Source of the DNA: Ptychomitrium polyphyllum
Lineage: Eukaryota
Length of the DNA: 64,000 bases
Assembly: GCA_973851085.1 (NCBI GenBank)
Contig: OZ316776.1
Location: 4,588,001-4,652,000 of the forward strand
Direction: 5' to 3'
Position 1 is the first letter of the stretch. Every line of letters starts with the position of its first letter. The notes beneath the pieces are model-generated. The model saw only the letters and a list, made by a program, of their open reading frames with translations, searched no databases and had not been told where the DNA came from. The position numbers and the translations under genes are program-made. Of the stretch, positions 27,128 through 38,808 are shown piece after piece.

Positions 27128-29482
27128 TCAAGGCTCCTGGTCAGGCAATTTGCCAACATCGAACAACGTGTGAGCCAGAAAGATGTTTCTGTTCAAGAGC
27201 CGAGGAACCACTAACCAGTCCCTGACAATGTCGACAACTTTACAACCCGTATGCAAAATTCTCCCTATTTTGTATGACTGAGTCGTGATAAAATTAGTCC
27301 TCTCGTGGCGCTCACGTTGGAACGCCAGAAGAGCCTGGTGTATCCTTTCATGCTCTGGCACCACCGTCGATGTCTCTTGGTCTTCAGTGTTGGGAATACT
27401 CCTCAGTGCGCCATACAGCTTCTGGGTGAGGATGAGTGCGTCTTCCAAGGCCATGCATCCGCCTTGCCCCATGTTGGGAGTGGTGGGGTGAGCAGCATCT
27501 CCTGCCACTGTGACGCCGCCATCAACCAGTGAATCTGGGTTGGGGTTTACCCTGTGACGGATTGTGGTTTTGGAGAATCCCTCCGGGGGAGAGTTAGTAA
27601 TGATGAAGGACAAAGGGGTTGATGGGAACAATTTTGAGACTAGTAGCAAAGCTTCTTCCTTCATCTGCTCTTCAGTCGTGTTCCGCCAACCTGTAGGAAC
27701 AACATCTCAGAGTTTTCACAGAACTCACAAACGGAACAGCAAAGAAGAGCTACGCATCCTCACCTTGGGACGAAGCATTCCAGACTATGTTCCAAGACAC
27801 TTTGGTGTGGCTTGTGGGAAAATAAGCAGTGCGATATCCTTGTCCCAAGAATATCTGGGCTTTGTCTTCGTACTTGTGACCCTCTGGAAGGACTGCTATA
27901 CCTTGGATCCCAACTAGTCCTACAGGTTGTGCTTTCTGGAGCCCAATCCAAGATCCTACGCAAGAGCTTATACCATCGAACCCGATAACAACCTGTGGAG
28001 TTAATAGGAAAGGTACAGATGTTAAATTAGTTGCCACCCAATCTGCTATTATTATGATTCATCTATCTGGAGTACAGCCATGGAATTAATAAGATGGACC
28101 TCCTGGGATCCTGCAAGTGGACAAACCTTAGCAGTGTAGGTTGAGCCATCATGGAGCTCAACTTCAAAGATGCCTGGTCTGCTTTCTGGTTTTTTGATAT
28201 CAATCACACGTGACTTGAACCGGATTGTACCTTCGGGTAACTCCTCAGCAAGAACTTCAAGAAGAACCTTCCGTTCCACAGCCCGAAAATTATGTGGTCT
28301 GTTTCAGGAAATGCTTCACCTATTTGGACTTCATATTCCTAGAGATGACTCTAGTGTTGTCTATAACATCTAAAGTACAATTTTCCATTTTGATCCGTGG
28401 CATTTGCTAAACGCATAAAAGTATAGAAATACTACTTCACCAAAAGAAATCATATAACGCATACCTTAATGACATATAAAATGATGATGTAGTAACACCC
28501 AGCATACAGAGATCCATTCTATGATGACGTTCTTGCTACCGAGATAAGGAGCAAGGACCCAAACAAGTACACGCAAACAAGAGACGATGTTTGTTTCGAG
28601 CTGTTTCCTTCGCTGTCTCTAGTGTTCTAAGGAGTAGCAAAGCAGGTAAGAAGACTTTACCCTTCATCACAATCAGCAAGTTCCACTTTTCCCAAGCTTT
28701 TTCCGTGTGCGCTCAATATTTCGAGTCTGCATGTCACGAAGAAAGTTGCAACTGTCTAAGTAGAGATTTTTTAATTTTTTTTTGAAACAGTAGGGGTAGC
28801 TTTACCGCCGTGATAGGATCCCATTAAGCAAGGTGGAAATTTCACGGCGAGGAAGTCTAGTTAGAGATTGACAGATTGACAGATCCTACCGTTCCCGAAA
28901 GTTTCAATATTCCAGTTGACAAAACGTGGACGATGCACCGAGCAATATGATCAACTCCACACTCTGCAGTGCAAAAGAATGAGAATCAGGAACAGTGTAT
29001 TGCGTACGCGGCAAGGTTTGTGAACATGGACCGAAACTGCTCCCCAATTCCTAGAACATCGAGCACGCTGAATGCATTGTTCCAGAGAGCTAGGGCAGAA
29101 CCCCCGGCTCTCAGGGTGTCTGACTGCTCCAGGACGACAGCCTTGATCCCAACTCTACACAAGAAAGAACAGCACCAACTCTGTCAGATACAATACTATA
29201 ATCATTCAAGAATCCCCATGCAGGGTTTAAACTTTCTCACATAATCAAAAGCACGATATGCCAGAATAGCTTTGATTGTCAATGATATGTTCAGCTGTTG
29301 CTATATCGCAAAGGCCAAACTCAAATATTCAAACCACCTATATACGATGCTTTTAGGTCTAGTATTCTTGCAACAATGTACTTGTGAAGAGCGAGGGCGC
29401 AAGCAAGCCCGCCAACTCCGCCACCAGCAATTATGATTTCCTCCTCTTGCTGTAGACCCTTTCGGCTTCCATTCTCATCCAT
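27128..29482 (-). CDS. FAD-dependent monooxygenase (plant MO2/MO3-like, FAD_binding_3 family)
   Basis: Exons 29482-29382, 29154-29008, 28726-28661, 28298-28127, 27992-27764, 27690-27128, in phase. Motifs IIIAGGGVGGLACA (GxGxxG), VIGFDGISS (DG) and VAGDAAHPTTPNMGQGGCMALED (GD). Confidence 0.92.
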
Positions 29483-31486
29483 GGTTGAGTTGTATTTGAA
29501 AATCAGCCAGAAGCTGCTGGCAATTCACACCCAGAAACCCTAAAATTTATTTCTGAATAGGAGTATTTTCAAACTCGTTTCTGTGAGCGAAACGGAGAGG
29601 AAAACACCATAAGCAAGCGAACATATTGTACAATGTGACGATACATACAGAACATACAGTGAATCAACAGATGCTCCTTTCCAGGTTGCAGAGAGTCAAC
29701 ATACAAGATGTGTACATCAATCCAGAATTTCATCATTCAGTGATTCCGATCATACTTCTTCACGAAATTTTGCACACTCGTCCAGTCACTCCGATTCATA
29801 ACATACGCCCTGGCCATGAAAGACAACTTGAAAGAAGTACGATCCAAACAAAATAAGTAGCGGACCCATCACTGACTGTAAGATGACGCTGACGCCTTCG
29901 AACTGCCGCAGTCCCTTCTCAATTTTCACCAGGTTATCAGAATCTCTAAATCCTCCAACTTTAGCTTGCAATTGAATTCCACGGCAATCAAGGACTGGAA
30001 AACAGAATAATATAGCCTTGTGAGGGTAATGAATACCGACATCGGCGTGAATCGCAAGGATGTGGAAACATGCAGATTTTTTCTTCTAAAGCAGCTACAT
30101 TACTGTACCACACGGTGAACTGTCGAATAATCTTTGAATCGATCTTCTTTTCTCTATGGTTGACACCCATCCTGAATCTATGTGCAGGGTTGGGACAGCA
30201 TTATGAGGTTGGATATGTTGACGCAGGGTGAGTATTATTTTGTGGCTTTCTGCAAGATTAAGACAAAGCCTCGGCACTTGCTCTGGTAACGGTATCACTG
30301 CCTTCCTGGTTATGAGATTATACTTTCATAGAAGCTTTCAGGCCTCTCCTAGTTATCGTTCAATTCTGTAAAGTATTGAACCGGCACCGTTGTAACCTCG
30401 AAGGTGGAGATCCGGTTAGCGTTTGGCACATGTCAAAACGCTGGGCAAACGTTTAGTATGACCTTGTCCCTCAGGAAAAGCTGGTGGCCAATAGCTTCTT
30501 GTCTTCTGTCTTCCGAGTCTCTGCTCACACTTATGCTAAGCGGCACATCCACTTGCACTTTCCTACATCTGAATCACGGGTGTAACTCTAAACCCTAACT
30601 AACATGGTGCTCTGGTGTGGACTAGTCTGGTGCTCAATATTATATAACACTTCAATATTATCCTACACTTTCTTTTGAACCCCAATTTCAAAGTAAGTTA
30701 CGTTGAGAATGAGAAAAGATAGAAAGTTGCCAAAGAACGAAAGATAGGACATCGTATGCCCTGATCGGAAGCTACTTCAAAAATTGAGAAATTTCGTAAG
30801 TTAGAATCACTACGACACAGAAGCATCGACTCTTTGCCTACTTGCGAAGCATCTGAAGAGGGTCATGAAGCAGTTCATCCAGTAATTAAATCTATTTAGA
30901 GTATTTATTTTAGAAAACCAGGGAGATGGGTATTTGACAAAGTTGGCATGGATAACCTTCTTGTGTCAGCGGTGTTGCTCAGAGCCATTTGTGTCCCCCA
31001 AAGTAGACAGAAATGACATCGATCAACGTCATTGTTGACACCAATACTCAAACAAGTGTAATCCAAACACATAAAAGAAAATTGAATGCTCATTTTTATA
31101 TGCACATCAGAACCAGAAAATTTTGTTTGATATGCATAGGTATCCAAATACAACGTCGTCCATTGCACCCGCTCGTTGACACAGAACACAAGTGACCCTG
31201 ACTTGAAATGTCAGAGTAGGTTCTCTTGTCACAGAAAGCACAAATAACACCACCGGACTAAGTTTGGCCGGTAGCATTTCTAACCTCAATTAAATGAAGG
31301 AAAGCTTTCGTTATCACCTCCCAGCATCGGCTTAAGTCTTGAGAAGTGCCAAGTTATTAAAACTTGCAGAAACATGCTATCATAGGTAAGTACTTTTTCT
31401 GCACTAAGTAAACCTCAGATTACACATGTGATCCACTTGCCGGAGTACCATAGTGGACGTAGAGACCAGTCTCTTAATAAACACCT

Positions 31487-32070
31487 TCAATCGCCACCGC
31501 AAGTTTCACAACAACCTCCACAAAGACCTGCAGCAGCACCTGCAGCCCTTCCAGCAACAAGACCTACAGCAGCAGTCGTTCCAACATCCCTCGCACCTCT
31601 ACTGAAAGATTAGGAGAAGGAGGGCGTCGTCGTTAGGGATGGCGGTACATAAGGTGCAACGGGAACATACTCAGAAATCTTCACTGAGAAATTCAGGATT
31701 CCTTGCTTCCTGCCAGACGGCAGAACAACTTCGTTGGTTAGGGTTTTCGGTGTGTCAGATTGGTACTCAGAAGGTAAGGGCACTTTCACTGTGCTTAGCA
31801 GTTTCTTTTGATGAAGCACTTGTGCCGAAGCCCAATTGTCAAGTTCTCCAGCCCTTTTGCGACGGAGTCTTCTTAACATTAGAACATTTGCTTGGAGTTT
31901 CCTTGTTGGATGCCGACCGCCTTTGGTCGAAGGAGAATGGTTTTTGTACCCAAAATGGTACCGCTTGATGTTGTCCAGGCCACTGCCAACGGACTCAGCT
32001 TGCCACCAAGGTATCTGACGTCCACATTCTTCTAGTCCCGGGCGGCGTTGCTAGTCGCTTCAACTTTCAT
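31487..32070 (-). pseudogene. C2-domain SRC2/BAP-like pseudogene
   Basis: Fragments MKVEATSNAARD*KNVDVRYLGGKLSPLAVAW, KGGRHPT and KLLSTVKVPL...VLPSGRKQGILNFSVKI, then a Pro-rich linker and a Gly/Ala tail (AAVGLVAGRAAGAAAGLCGGCCETCGGD*). This matches the SRC2-type C2 protein layout but is broken by an in-frame stop and frameshifts. Confidence 0.65.
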
Positions 32071-33399
32071 ACGCTTCCCATAACTATGTCAAGGGCTACT
32101 CACTGCAAATCATCCAAGGCTTTGAAATGATGCCAGTAACTCTCCACATCCGTATCAAAAAAATGCAGTTACTCCTAGTATATCTAAACATGGCTATCTA
32201 ATGGTCCTCTGATTCTCATTATCAAAGAGTTCAAGTACATACCTCAAAACTCTCCACGCAATTTAGATGATGGTTTTGGTCGCCTCCAATCAGCCAAGGA
32301 CACACATAGGGTCTCCAGCAAGGGTAAACACACATAAAACGTGGTTCTGATCACTTCTCGAACCTCTTTTCATGCAAAGAGGTAAAAAGTTATTAGCTAC
32401 TGTGCTATCAGTAAAATCTTCAGTTCCAGCGAAGATGAGAATTGATTTAATTCGGCACTACACATTTCAGCTACACTAATGAATGGAAGTTTTAAGAACG
32501 TACCACGAAGATACATAGTTACGAATGCATCCACCAGCTTAGCTCCATTCAACATAGCAAGCACATCTCCACAAGAAAACAAAATGCGTTTGAACATTGG
32601 TAGAAGCATCGTCAACAAGAGAAGAAGAACCAGTAACAGAAACATGAGATGGAGGAACCAGTAGCCATAACTAGAAAAATACAGACGAAACGACCGTAAT
32701 CAAAAATCGAACTACCTGTAAATACTTCACAAATGGGAAGCAAATGAGCGACAGAAAGAGAAGCAACGCAAAAACTAAAGCAACTGCGCAGGAGCACACA
32801 AACACTTATCCCAGAAACTTGAAAATCCAAGAGCAAAAGCAGAAGTTAAACAATTTGAACGAAAAAACCTCTCAAACAGAAGCATTGTGACAGAAATTGG
32901 AAACCCAACAAATAGAGTTGAAGCAGAGCATACACAAATACACAGAGACAAGGAGCACAAATAAGCATCGACAAGTAAACAATAATGGCGTAAACACGCT
33001 TTAGAATTGCAAGATGTACAGACATGAGTACTAAGTAGTGCGTGGTAATCAGTCACTGGGAGTAACCAAAATGCACTGACTGGCATGTTCTACTCCTTCT
33101 CGTCAGTAAATGAGAACCTTAACGATCCCAAAATGCACTGAGCTTCTCACCCTAACGTAAGACCAAACAACAAATTTATAATGTGGAAATCATGGCATGC
33201 AGGCCTGAAAATGGTCTAAAAAGATATGAACCAAATACCACCCAAAAGCTGCAAGCAAGCAGATGATGAGAACCACGTTTTATGGTTTACCCAAACCACG
33301 ACTGAAGCCCATGTACTACTTCCTGAAGGTTTCAAAAACCACAATGTATACAAAGAATTTCTAACCTACCGCTCTTGAATCTATCAGCTCTAGAACTTC

Positions 33400-33958
33400 T
33401 CACAAGCGTTTGGGGCCATTGAGGATTGGAATGTCTGTGAAGTCGGCGTAATTGTAAATCAAATAGACGTAACCACCGCCAAAGATTGCGAGTAAGGTAA
33501 GAAGAACGGCAAACCAAAGAGTGCCGCCAAAAGACTTCCCCAAAGCTTTCTGTATCTCATCCACAGTGTCGTTGAATTTCGACTCATTGCTTCCAGCATC
33601 TGCATCCGCGACAAAAAATTGTTGAGCAAAAGATTGGAAAAACAGCACAATGCAGTGTCGAATTCTAGGGTTCGTACTAACCTCTCTTTGTCACCTCGTC
33701 ATCATCTCCCGGCGCGCCACCAGCTCCCCTGCGAACGCTGGACAACCTCGGAGCTCGTCTGCCAAACGCCGGCACAATTGCAAAGCCTAAGCAGCCTTGT
33801 CCCAATCCTACTTGCTGCCTTCGCACATTCCTTGAGCGAGAAACTGACGGCACGACCTCCGCTTTCGGATGGCTCACACAGCACTTGATTCGAGAATCGC
33901 ATTGAGACGAGAACACCCCACCAGATGCCCTTCCTATAAAACCCGTCAGTGACGCCAT
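33400..33958 (-). CDS. Small (~158 aa) putative plastid-targeted protein with a single C-terminal transmembrane helix; function unknown
   Basis: Exons 33958-33682 and 33599-33400 with a phase-1 GT-AG intron. MASL start followed by a Ser/Arg-rich, acid-poor transit-peptide-like N-terminus, an acidic linker and the hydrophobic helix LWFAVLLTLLAIFGGGYVYLIY. Confidence 0.75.
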
Positions 33959-34372
33959 CCCCGCAACCCAAAGTGCTTTGTCAAATCAGACCAGCTCACG
34001 CTCTGCACCAAACTTTCCGATTGCCTTCCCAAACCACCGTGATTCCAAACTTCCTCACGCAAGCTCATCAGCTCTTTCGGAAACGAGCTCCAATTCCGTT
34101 CTCAGCATCATGATTGTGGAATAGTCGCGGTGGCCTTGTGGTCTTTTTGCTGCGATGCTTTCGAAAGCCAGTTGTGAAGTTACGGTTGGAGGGAAAGGTT
34201 TGAAGTGGAGGATAAGGTCTTGGAAAAGAGCAGCGAACGACTCCGCAGCAAGTTCGACGGAATCCGGAAGTCGACTAAAACGATCGACGACCGAGATCAT
34301 CTGTCGGTGGACGGAGGCTCTGTTATCAAGTGACGAAGGAAGGCACTCTATTCTTCAGGACGATCTCTCACA

Positions 34373-36755
34373 ATGGGTCTTCGAGGTTGTCCCCTGGTTC
34401 GATCTTGGTCGAATTCTTTCGTAGGAAAAGCGGAACTATGTGAGTTAGAGAGAAAGAATGTGGCGCAATTGTACAGGCTAATGACTTTCAAACGTTGTGG
34501 AGCCCTTTGTGCGATCACTTCTTGGGGGAGTTTTAAGGACAGAGTTTCACAGAATTTCCAAGGGTTTCCAAGCGGGTTGTTGTCTTTGGAGAGTGGCTTT
34601 TTAAATTGTAAGAGAGGGGCCAGGGAGGGTTACTTGATTTCTCATCGCAGTCGTGGATATGGGTTCACTAGCACTACCGTGTCCGCATCCAGGGACGCCG
34701 ATGAGGGTGGGGAATTGCCTCGCGAAACACACACGAAGGCAGCATCGTCGGAGTCTAAGTATTCTCGTTTGTTGGTCGAGCGCACGGTGTCTTCCTGCGA
34801 AACCATTCGGTACCCTGGAAACGTCATTGTAAGAACCATTCACCTCCCTTCTCGTTTGATTTTTTCATTGATTAGGTAGTTGCTATTGCTAATCAAACTT
34901 GCAGAGGCTCGCTGGAGTTCCATTGCATTGAGTGATTGCCAGGAAATCGCTAGATCAACTCTTTTATAGATTTTGATGAGACTGAAATTGCCAGGTTTCC
35001 ATGTGGTGTGTTTCTCCAGGTTTTTGGGGATGTGGAAGAGGGAGGAACCATCTTGGCAGACGGAGACATCATTGTACTAGGGCGGCTCCAAGGAGATGTC
35101 CACGGTGGTCAGAATGGAGACTGGGACGCTACTGTGTATGCTGGGGAGTTGGATGGTTGTCACATTCGTATTGCTGAAGCAGATGCCTTAGGCTCTAAAT
35201 CGCAAATTCTTGGCTGTCCTGTGATTGTCCATGTACAGAAAGACGGCACGTTGGGGTATGTAATTTCTTGACCCTAATCTTCAGTACTCTCCGAATTGCG
35301 CTCATCTGCCACTACCACCAGTGACACGGTAGTCAGGCCTTATGTCGAAGGACGGAAGGCGCATTTGCAATTTCTGCACTTGATAATCGCCAAAGCAGAC
35401 GTTGAGTATGTTGGAAAGTCGTAAGTGGTCACTTTTTTCACTTACTGTATTCAAGGGTTCCGATTGCCGCCTGACACTGTGTAGTATTCGTGTATCATTC
35501 GGTGATGTGGGCACTCGCCGAGGAAGCCTTCATCAAGAGTCCAATGATAACGAGGAAGCAAACACTTCGAGCGGTTTGCACTATGCAGCAGCGACAGGAT
35601 CTGCGAAGAATTCCAAGGGTTCCGAGAGCAAAGATCAGTCGTTTTCAAAACGGCCAGCTCAGCTGGCATTGTTCACTGGCGTATACATTAGTTTATTTGG
35701 CATGACATTGCTGGTCTTTCCAACATCTCTTTTTGGTGAGACTCAACTCCTTGCAGATTTCTCTTAGTCACAAAATTTGTAGAGTGACTAGCTCAACACG
35801 GAGGTATGTTTCATGTTGAGAGTACTGAAAGATCATATACTCACACGTGGAAGCAAGTGCGTAAATGGTTTTGATGTAGGAGTTTTATTTGACGTGCGGA
35901 GCGTTACTGTGGGATGGATACGAGTGGGAGCCATCCTCGCAGTGGTAATCGCTTGTTTTGAATTACAATATTCTTAGTCTCATAAATGCAGGTTTGAGAT
36001 AGACAAGCTTTCAGATTAATGATATTGACAACGTCATTAGACCTCTAATATAATGAAATCGGCTAATTATTTCTTTCGGAAGAGATGTGCTCTGTAAATA
36101 GCTCCTGCAAATACCTACATACTCTGTACTATTTAGAAATGTGATAAATTGAGTGGTGAGACTAAGAACGAGCTACAAATCTGCAGGTATTTGGAGTGTA
36201 CTACATTGGAACGGCTGTCGGTGACATGCGGGGAATCTCTGCCGCGCGGGCATTCTACATGTCCACCGTTGTGGGCCGCGTGGTAAACATTGGATGTCAT
36301 CTCTGCTGCCTATGACATCCTGAACCTCAAACCCTGCACTTTTCTAACATTCCGAAATTTAATTGACAGACTTCAAGTTGAAGGCAAATTTTGCAGCACT
36401 TCGACATAGAGTACATTTTGATGTAGTGACACAATTTTTGATGTTCCAGGATGTCAATGTCTAACAATACGCTTCATTGTATGCAGTTTCTGTTCATCGG
36501 CTTCTGCTGGCTTGTGGCTACTGGTGCTGCTCAACGTTCTCTTCTTCTGGTACCTTATCTTGCTGACATTGTAGGATTGATGAAATTCTGTTGTTTCTCG
36601 ATTAGAATTGTTTCGCCTCTATGTTGAATATCTTAGGTAGGATGTCCGACGACTTCTCATTTCCTGTGCAGGTTGGAATCGTGAACATGTTAGGGGCCAT
36701 GTCCATGCTGGTTGCCTTGCGTCAAGATTCCAAATCAAGAGTTCTCAAGACTTGA
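34373..36755 (+). CDS. minC: MinC-like septum site-determining protein (MinC C-terminal beta-helix domain) fused to a four-TM membrane domain, ~416 aa, probably plastid-targeted
   Basis: Exons 34373(or 34481)-34828, 35020-35255, 35485-35735, 35880-35944, 36187-36282, 36487-36549, 36672-36755, all GT-AG and in phase. The spliced segment LLVERTVSSCETIRYPGNVIVFGDVEEGGTILADGDIIVLGRLQGDVHGGQNGDWDATVYAGELDGCHIRIAE follows the MinC_C pattern. Four hydrophobic segments follow. Confidence 0.8.
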
Positions 36756-37590
36756 ATAGCAAATATTCAGCAGCGACATGCCACTTCCGCATTCATGCCA
36801 TTTTATTCGTTTCAAAACACTGTTTAATGAGGCCAACAGATAACGAATGGAGAGTACCGCTAGCAAGACCATCAACTTTTTCAGTTCTCCCATCTCTTAA
36901 GGTGCGAATGTACATAGTCTTGCCATATTGTACAACTCGAACTGGATAGAGATCTTTTCAGATGGGATCAAGGAGTAGCTGCTATCAGGACTTACAAAAT
37001 TCCAAACAAGTACTTTCAACCCTCGATGCCATGGTACTTGATGGAAGGACATTAAAAAGTCATAGTACATAACATTGACAGGTCGACTACATGCACAAGA
37101 GCTGCATGGATTTCAAGCGCAGCCTGTGACATGGAAACTGTACATCATTGCAGATAAATTCAATACATTTGAGACCAAGAACATATCCTTCACATCCTAC
37201 ACAATCTCCTACACTAGGAAAACACAAAGCTCGATGGAGTACTATAGCGTCAACACTATTTCCAGAAAAATTGCAATTAAGTTGCAATACTAATACAGTT
37301 AATTTCATTATCAAAATTTACTGGAGGCTCCAAAACTCTTGACATTTTGAAGAAATCAACATAGAAAGATGTATGATAAGGGACACCGCCAATTCTCTAT
37401 GAGCCCATTAAAATCCAGCCATATCGAGTATAAGTGACAACACTCAGCTCCTCAACATGATCTTGCTTCCAGAGTCGGAAAGACCAAGCACCACTAAACT
37501 GAAAATGTTCGTTAAAACTCTGCAATAAGAACTGCCCCTGCTCATATTCACGTCCTCATAGCCAATGCACTAAATTTTATCATGGAAGCA

Positions 37591-38808
37591 TCAACCCCTG
37601 CCGCCCATCAACCCTTGCAGAAAACCTCGTTTCGGTGGGGCTTCCTCAATCATAACTGCTTTCATGCTGTCCTTCTCCACTAACCTCCAGGCCATCTGCT
37701 CCAGTGCCAGGCCTGCCAGCGTTGGCGGGTTCTTGAGCACCAATGGGTAGCCGCGATTGGTACTTTTGATCACTTCGGAATCCTCGGGGATAACCCCCAA
37801 CAAAGGCAAGCCAAGCATTTCCTGCACATCAAGCACCGACATCATGTCCTCGCCCTTGATCATATCGCTCCGCACTCTGTTCACCACCATCTTGATGTCC
37901 CTGATTCCGTCGCACTCGAGAAGGCCCGTGACTCGATCGGCATCGCGCAAACTTGTAATGTCGGGTGTGGTGACAAGAATCGCCTCCTGTGCGGGAGTAA
38001 TCGCGGTGATGAACCCAGCATCGATACCCGCAGGGCAATCGATCAGAATGAAATGCGGTTGCCCCTCGGGCCGTTTCTTCAGCGCATCCACGAGCCACGT
38101 AAGAGCCTTCCCCCCAAATCCAAGTGGCATTTTGTACCGAGGTTTGTTAATACACAGAAGCTCGAAATTCGTCCACCGTTTATCGCGTATCAGAGCCTGA
38201 TCGAGCCGGCACTCGCCGTTGAGAACCTCCATAGCGGTGTAGTTCACCCGATTCTCAAGACCCAGCAGTAAATCAAGATTCCGAAGCCCCACATCTGCGT
38301 CGATAGCCACCACTTTGAAATTCAACCGTGCGAGACACATTCCCAGGTTGGCAGTGGTGGTCGTCTTCCCCACCCCTCCCTTCCCTGAGGTGACCACCAC
38401 CACGCGTGGCACCTCTCCCACGAGCTCCGGTTTCCTGTTCCACTGCAACATCGCCTGCGGCACAGGAGCTCCTCGGCATCGCCTCCCGCGCCTCACTCCT
38501 GATTCTCGCGACCATAATCTCAAACTCTCCAAACCCTCTCCAACAATATGCCCCAACCTGCCCTGGGCAACTGCAAATTCCCCATGACTGGCACCATATC
38601 CCTCACACCCTAGCCCAGCCATCGCGCGTCGCCCGTCCCCGTTCCCATTCCGCACTGAGCTCACCAAACTCACATGCGCTCTGGAAACCCCCGAACATGA
38701 CGCCACCGACACTCCTACACTTACCGACCATCCCTCCACGCCATTGCTGTAGCTGTAACACCCCTGCTGCAATGCAGCTGACGGCCCAGGCCACGCCCCA
38801 AACCCCAT
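37591..38808 (-). CDS. minD: Plastid division ATPase MinD (ARC11 homologue), intronless, with transit peptide
   Basis: 405-aa ORF with deviant Walker A GKGGVGKTT, DADVGLRNLDLLLGLENRV, switch II ILIDCPAGI and a C-terminal amphipathic membrane-targeting sequence KRGFLQGLMGG. It has a long transit-peptide-like N-terminal extension. Confidence 0.97.
   Translation of the reverse strand: MGFGAWPGPSAALQQGCYSYSNGVEGWSVSVGVSVASCSGVSRAHVSLVSSVRNGNGDGRRAMAGLGCEGYGASHGEFAVAQGRLGHIVGEGLESLRLWSRESGVRRGRRCRGAPVPQAMLQWNRKPELVGEVPRVVVVTSGKGGVGKTTTTANLGMCLARLNFKVVAIDADVGLRNLDLLLGLENRVNYTAMEVLNGECRLDQALIRDKRWTNFELLCINKPRYKMPLGFGGKALTWLVDALKKRPEGQPHFILIDCPAGIDAGFITAITPAQEAILVTTPDITSLRDADRVTGLLECDGIRDIKMVVNRVRSDMIKGEDMMSVLDVQEMLGLPLLGVIPEDSEVIKSTNRGYPLVLKNPPTLAGLALEQMAWRLVEKDSMKAVMIEEAPPKRGFLQGLMGGRG

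Noticed and set aside
29600..31300. Short ORFs between the monooxygenase and the C2 pseudogene
   Set aside because: No consistent exon chain or recognisable domain was found.
34373..38808. Bacterial contamination or a recent plastid-to-nucleus transfer of a minCD operon
   Set aside because: The minC-like gene has six spliceosomal introns, both genes have transit-like extensions, they are convergent rather than co-directional, and they are flanked by ordinary plant genes.
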